Origin: an uncultured delta proteobacterium
Lineage (GTDB): Bacteria; Myxococcota_A; Polyangia; Polyangiales; B10-G4
Direction of reading: 5' to 3'
NCBI GenBank assembly: GCA_963727445.1
Contig: CAVSGI010000010.1
Span: 1,512,621-1,576,620 of the forward strand
Length of the DNA: 64,000 nt
The notes under the pieces are model-generated. The model had not been told where the DNA came from, searched no databases, and was given only the letters and a program-made list of their open reading frames with translations. Shown one piece after another: positions 59,303 through 64,000 of this stretch. Made by a program: the position numbers and the translations under genes. Within the stretch, counting starts at the first letter, position 1; each line of letters starts with the position of its first letter.

Positions 59303-60352
59303 ATGGCTACCGAGCCGTCAGAGTCGACCGCCGCTGAGCCGCTCAAGGTCGACCTCGACCAGGCGGACTGGGCGTACATGGCCGATGGCAAGGCAGCGGC
59401 CGCGAAGGACAAGCTCGCCAAGCTGGGAGCATCGGGCCAGGCGATCTTCCTGATCTCGCACGAGCACCTCGTGGAGACGGCGGCTCTTGCCGAGGGCAGC
59501 CGCGAGCGGTTCCGATTTCTTCGGTCGTTCCCCGCTGTACTCCGCCTTCCCGACGCCGGTGCTTCGCTCATTCATGGGCATGCTGCAGCTTCACTACTCG
59601 CCTACGCGGGCAGATGCACTCCCCCTCAGTCGCTCCCTCTCGAGGCTCGCGCAGTCGCCCTGGAGCCGGAGGAGTTCTGGGACCAGTGGGCGTCGTCCCA
59701 TGGAAAACGAATGGTGCGGCTCTTCGACATGAAGGCCCGACCCGAGCGCTTTGCGCGAAAGGCACGACTCGGAAAGACGGCGAAGGACCTCGAGCACGAC
59801 GCACGATCCCTCGGCGCGTTGTCTCTCGGCGACCAAGCTCGCTTTGAGAAGCTTCTCCAGCGCGGGCCCGACGCTCCGGGCCCTCGTTGGGTACGCCTCA
59901 CCCGACTCGCCACGCCGTTCATCCAGAGGTTCTACGAAGTCGTCGCCAGCCATGGGTGGCTGCCACCACCCGGCAGGAAGTTCGACGACGTCTTCGGAAG
60001 CATGCTTCTGGCCGGACTTCCACGAGCGCTTCGTCGCGATCACAAGCTCGTCAAGGATCTCCAGCGATGTTGGGACGACAGTTCCGTCCGCTGCCGCATT
60101 GCTCCCTCACTGGCCTGCACGGCGAGCGTCATCGAGACGACCAAGCGCGAAACTGAGCGCAAGAAGTACGGCCGCGCCGACGTCATCGACCCGCTTCATG
60201 CGGCGTACGCCCCACACGTCGACATCTTCACCTGCGACAAGCGCAACGAAGCTCCGCTGAGAGACGTGCTCGCAAAGGCAAGCGTCGCGACCAAGGTCAT
60301 CCGGACCAATCGGCTCGAGAAGGTCGCCGACGAGATCCTCGGCTCGACATGA
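59303..60352 (+). CDS. Hypothetical protein, PIN-like nuclease fold suspected
   Basis: N-terminal LDQ..W and S.EH..E, C-terminal D..D..HA.YA...DIFTCDK. Confidence 0.55.
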   Translation: MATEPSESTAAEPLKVDLDQADWAYMADGKAAAAKDKLAKLGASGQAIFLISHEHLVETAALAEGSRERFRFLRSFPAVLRLPDAGASLIHGHAAASLLAYAGRCTPPQSLPLEARAVALEPEEFWDQWASSHGKRMVRLFDMKARPERFARKARLGKTAKDLEHDARSLGALSLGDQARFEKLLQRGPDAPGPRWVRLTRLATPFIQRFYEVVASHGWLPPPGRKFDDVFGSMLLAGLPRALRRDHKLVKDLQRCWDDSSVRCRIAPSLACTASVIETTKRETERKKYGRADVIDPLHAAYAPHVDIFTCDKRNEAPLRDVLAKASVATKVIRTNRLEKVADEILGST

Positions 60353-60381
60353 GCGCTGCCCTCCACCTCCCCACCGCGTTC

Positions 60382-60670
60382 ACCGCTCCGGCCGGGCGGC
60401 GAGTCGCTCCGCTCGGCACTTCGCCGAAGCCGGCTTCGGCGAAGTGGCCGGCCGGCGCGTCGCTTGCCGTGGCCTTCGTAGGATCACTCGCGCGCACCGA
60501 GGGGCGGCGCAAGCGCCGCGCCGGCCGCCTTCCCTCGCTCCGCTAAACATAAGCGGGGCGTCATGTTACCTCGCCGCCCGGCCGGAGCTCCGTGCGAGAC
60601 AGCCGGCCGGTCATGCCGCTTGCATCACGCGGAGCGTGAAGTGCGTGAGCAAGCGGCCCGCCCGGCCGGC
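60382..60670 (-). repeat. Structured element copy A (dif-like core 60543-60569; 30-bp palindrome 60417-60446)
   Basis: Reverse complement aligns by eye with 62401-62690. Confidence 0.8.
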
Positions 60671-60699
60671 TTCCTCACTTCGCAAGCGTCGCCCGCCAC

Positions 60700-61123
60700 A
60701 TGTCATTCGCTCCCATCCGAAGTCGAAGCTCCGATCGAGGGCCATCGTCGATAAACTCGGCCGCAGTCCTTCGGTCACCGAGTCGATTCGGATCGAGTGC
60801 CGACTCATGCGAAACAGTGACCACATCCGCGCCCCCTAGGTGTGGCGTGGTCCGAACCGACCTCTGGCGATGTTGAACGAAAACCTGAGAGTAGCCCACC
60901 GGATCGGCGATACACGTAGAGCCAGTACCCGATTCTGCTCCCACGACCAACCTCAGGGTAGTCACCAAAGAACTCCAGCAGCTCTTGCTCATCGGGTACG
61001 AAAGCGGTTGATATTGCAGCACGGACATCCTGTGGATCGCTGTCAAAAGCGTCGTCAACCGCCCGCGTCAGACTTGCCAAGTTGTTCCCCATGAAGAAGG
61101 TTCCACCGGGCCTCGAATCGCAT
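60700..61123 (-). pseudogene. Putative immunity gene of the Rhs-CT cassette, frameshifted
   Basis: GGAG RBS and ATG 61123 just after the toxin stop; lower GC; 3' end uncertain. Confidence 0.4.
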
Positions 61124-61151
61124 GGACTCCGTACCTCAAAGGCTCCCGTGC

Positions 61152-62072
61152 TCAGTCGGGATAAGTCCCGATTACGTTTGAAGAAGCCGGTCGAACTACG
61201 CAGCCCGTCTCGAGATGAGAGTTTCTCGCTTCCACTCGGGATTGTCGTGATCCCGATTCTTCCGAACTGGCGCGCGTCTGCGCTCCGCGATTGTGCTGAG
61301 GTCCCTCGGCGTCACCGAGCAGGTGTGAACTTGCCGGAGCAATCAGTGTACGAAACCGCTCCCGAACCGCGCGACCTCGCCGCACCTTGCCGCGGTGCGA
61401 AGCTGCGCAATGCTTCACGCACCCTAAGTCCGCCAGTCTCAGCAATCCCCATCCCCCATCCGAGACAGCGCCGGGTCGGTGTCTCGCTTCAGCCACCTGC
61501 GCTACCGTCCCCGTCCCACCGGAAGTCACGGCAGCGTTCGGAGCTGCTGAGTGCTCACGCCTGCCGGGCTTCCGCCCAGACTGGCGGCAACAATCGTCTC
61601 GTCTCCTTCGCTCCACTGAGAACCAGTTCGCGACGGCAACTGAACCGAGTTCGAGTCCGTCCGGCTCAACGCGAACACGGTAGCAGCCGTTGGAGCCGTC
61701 GAGCGAACCTGGACGTCCTCCCGCTGCTCGCATCAAGGACGCCGTTCCCAGCCACCGTTAGGATGGGGCGATGCACCCGTGGGCAAGTCTGTCGCGACAT
61801 TCGCCTGCCTCGTGGGACCTGCACCGCCAAGGATTGTCGGAATCCGCCAGCTCCCCCACTTGGTCCATCCGTTCGAGGAGTCGCGTCTTCGAGGCCCAGC
61901 GGATCTCGGCCTGAAGCAGATTCCCAGTGATGTAGTGATACGCGTTCAGCGCCTCACCCCCGCCGACCGCGTGGATATCAGCGGATCCGGGCAAGCCCAC
62001 CGCCCAATCCGCGGAATCAAATACCTCTCCCCGAAGTACGTGACCCCCACCTCGTCATCCGCCTCCTTGGCC
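61152..62072 (-). pseudogene. Orphan Rhs core end plus C-terminal toxin domain, frameshifted
   Basis: Across frames: KEADDEVGVTYFGERYLIPRIGRWACPDPL / IHAVGGGEALNAYHYITGNLLQA / RDPLGLE (DPxGL at 61891-61905). Confidence 0.75.
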
Positions 62073-62400
62073 GATCAGCGCGGCCAGATGCGATCCGGTC
62101 GTACATCGCGCGATTCGCCCAATGCGTTCCGGCGCTTAGCCGCCGGTCTCGCCCGGTGCGCCGCGCGCGTTTTGCTCGGTGCGCCTTAATGCGGGTTTCG
62201 GCTCGCACGGGCGCGCGCGGAGAGGGGTGGCGCGACGCGTGCTCTGCACGCGGCGTGACGCCCGAGGATGATCACGCGGCGCGTCGCGTTCACTTCTCGC
62301 GCGAAGGAAAGGCGGAGAGGCGGCGCGGGCCTTGCGGCGCGGGAGCGCGAGCGAAGCTGGCGCGGACGCGGTGCATGGGCCGTGACGCCGTGGTGGGTTG

Positions 62401-62690
62401 GGCGGCCGGGCACGACGCTTGCCCCGCGCGGAGCGCGGTCACGATCGCTGCGAGCGGCGTGCCCGGCCGCCCGGCTGTCGCAGAGCGGAGCCCGCCCGAC
62501 GAGTTGACATGAATGCCCTGCATTATGTCTAGCGGAGCGAGGGGACCCGGCCGGCGCGCCGCTTGCCTCGTCGCGTTTCGAGACCAGCGGCTAAAGAGAG
62601 AATCGCAAGCGGCGTGACGGACGGGCCTTTCGCAGAATGGCCATTCTGCGAAAGGCCGAGTGGAGCGACTCGTCGGGCGGGCGGAGCGGT
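62401..62690 (+). repeat. Structured element copy B (dif-like core 62504-62532; 34-bp palindrome 62624-62657)
   Basis: Inverted, diverged homolog of 60382-60670. Confidence 0.8.
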
Positions 62691-62764
62691 CGCGGCTCGT
62701 TCACGTTTCGCGAGTTGGTTCGTTCGGGTGGCGTTCCCTCGGCTGACGATTTACGATCCTCTTC

Positions 62765-62976
62765 GTGACTGATGCGGCCAAGAAGCTGATGGAGGAGGTC
62801 CTCGCGCTTCCCGCCGAGGAGCGCAAGCGCATGGGCACTGCGCTGCTCGACAGCGTCGACGACGAGGCGTTGCGCGAGCTCGTACTCCGACGTGCGGGAG
62901 AGATCGCGCGCGGTGAGGTCGTTCCAGGCGACGCGATGGACGTCTACCATCGGCTGATGGCAAGCGCCGCGACTGA
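62765..62976 (+). CDS. Addiction-module antitoxin (1-nt frameshift near the 3' end)
   Basis: LALPAEER...LLDSV...RRAGEIARGEV; TGA 62974-62976 overlaps the toxin ATG. Confidence 0.7.
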
Positions 62977-63295
62977 TGGCCGACGACATCCTCGCGATCG
63001 ACTCGGGCGCCGACGCGGACATCGAGGAGGCCTTCACGTACATCGAGCAGGAGCGTCCGGGTCACGGCTACATCTTCCTCGAGCGCTACCGCGAGCTCGT
63101 CGACGAGGCGGTCGCGACGCCGGGGCTCGGCATCAAGGTTGTCGGTATCCCGAGGACATGGACGTCCGCAAGCACCTGATGTCCCAGTTCGAGTACGCGC
63201 TGATCATCGCCACGATCGCGGGTCGCCGGAACGTCGCCGCGATCCACTTTCTCCGAAAGAGCGACGATTACATTCGACATCGGCTCCTCAAGTAG
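62976..63295 (+). CDS. ParE/RelE-family toxin (frameshift near 63150)
   Basis: ADADIEEAFTYI...PG.G..F, then VRKHLMSQFEYALI...VAAIHF.RK..DYI..RL. Confidence 0.7.
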
Positions 63296-64000
63296 CCGCG
63301 TCGTCATCCTCTTCCGCATCCAGCTCCTCGAGCAGCTCCTCCGCCGTCGGCTCCTCGTCTTCATCTCGCCCTTTTCGCTTCGGCTCGAGCCCCGCGGCCG
63401 GATGCGTCGCCGCATGAATCTGCTGGAGCTTGCGAATCGACACCTGCGTGTCGATCTGCGTCGTCGACAGGTCCGCGTGGCCGAGCATCTGCTGGATGAA
63501 GCGGATGTCGGCGCCGCCTTCGAGCATCAGCGTCGCCATCGTGTGGCGAAAGAAGTGCAGCTCCCCTCTTGCGGCTCGGCCGCGTTGACGTGTCGCGGAC
63601 AGTCGGTCAGGCGACTCTGCGCGATCGAGTCGCCGAGATGCGAGATGAAGAGCGCGCCGTCGTCGGGCGGGACGATGAGCTTCGGGCGGCTCTTCGTAGG
63701 TACGCATCGACCCAGCGGATGGCGCGCTCGCCCATCGGGATGATGCGGTCCTTGTGGTTCTTGCCGAGCCGAATGAGAGCGTGCCCGCGCCGGGTCGAGA
63801 TGGTAGAGCGCGAGGCCCACGAGCTCCTTGCGGCGGATGCCGGTCGAGTAGAGGACCTCGAGGATGGCGCGGTCGCGTAGCCCGAGCGGTTCGTTCGTGC
63901 CGGTGAGCGCGATCACGCGCTCGGCCTCGCTCGCGGTGAGCACGACGCGGGGCAGGCGCGTCTCGAGGCGCGGCAGCTCGAGCTCGGAGGCGGGGTTCGA
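63288..64000 (-). pseudogene. XerC/D-like tyrosine recombinase, partial, frameshifted, catalytic Tyr reads Asp
   Basis: RDRAILEVLYSTGIRR.E, FRHTMAT.MLEGGADIRFIQQMLGH...TTQIDTQV, acidic tail. Confidence 0.85.

Larger units (their letters stand above)
56127..64000. mobile_element. Genomic island integrated at tRNA-Leu (extends beyond the window)
   Basis: att fragment, mobile/defence-type cargo, Xer-like recombinase, lower-GC segments. Confidence 0.7.

Noticed and set aside
61082..61930. 282-aa plus-strand ORF
   Set aside because: Arg/Pro/Ser-rich antisense of the Rhs-CT remnant
62765..63295. 176-aa antitoxin-toxin fusion
   Set aside because: Explained by two compensating frameshifts; a TGATG overlap at 62974-62978 marks two genes

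Overview
GC-rich bacterial DNA. Gene content (Ser/Thr kinases, TPR-TM proteins, Cys-rich and 'DAG'-linker lipoproteins, ECF/FecR pair) points to a myxobacterium of the Polyangiales/Sandaracinaceae type; this is inferred, not searched. Bases 1-53.7 kb are accessory chromosome: three beta-helix lipoproteins, hydrolases, transporters, kinases, a fasciclin/beta-barrel pair, and a NorR-sigma54-ric(ytfE) nitric oxide locus that includes a 5-formylTHF cyclo-ligase-hemerythrin fusion. Many genes look leaderless. A 77-bp hairpin repeat occurs at two loci. From 53.8 kb the DNA is mobile: an intact IS66 element (TIRs, 8-bp TSD), 51-bp hairpin tandem repeats, and a tRNA-Leu 3' fragment (att site). That fragment bounds an island carrying DUF5131/TcmP, XRE-protease-PIN-like genes, an orphan Rhs-CT/immunity remnant, a ParE-type TA pair and a broken Xer-like recombinase. 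Two features stand out. (1) A lipoprotein (7996-9762) studded with about ten short signature peptides from unrelated families (Hcp, VgrG, DUF1559 pilin, dockerin-like, RTX, amine oxidase). (2) Two inverted ~290-bp structured elements with covarying perfect palindromes and dif-like cores, flanking the Rhs cassette. Frameshifts are dense after 57 kb and may be sequencing errors. All family assignments are from motif recognition only.
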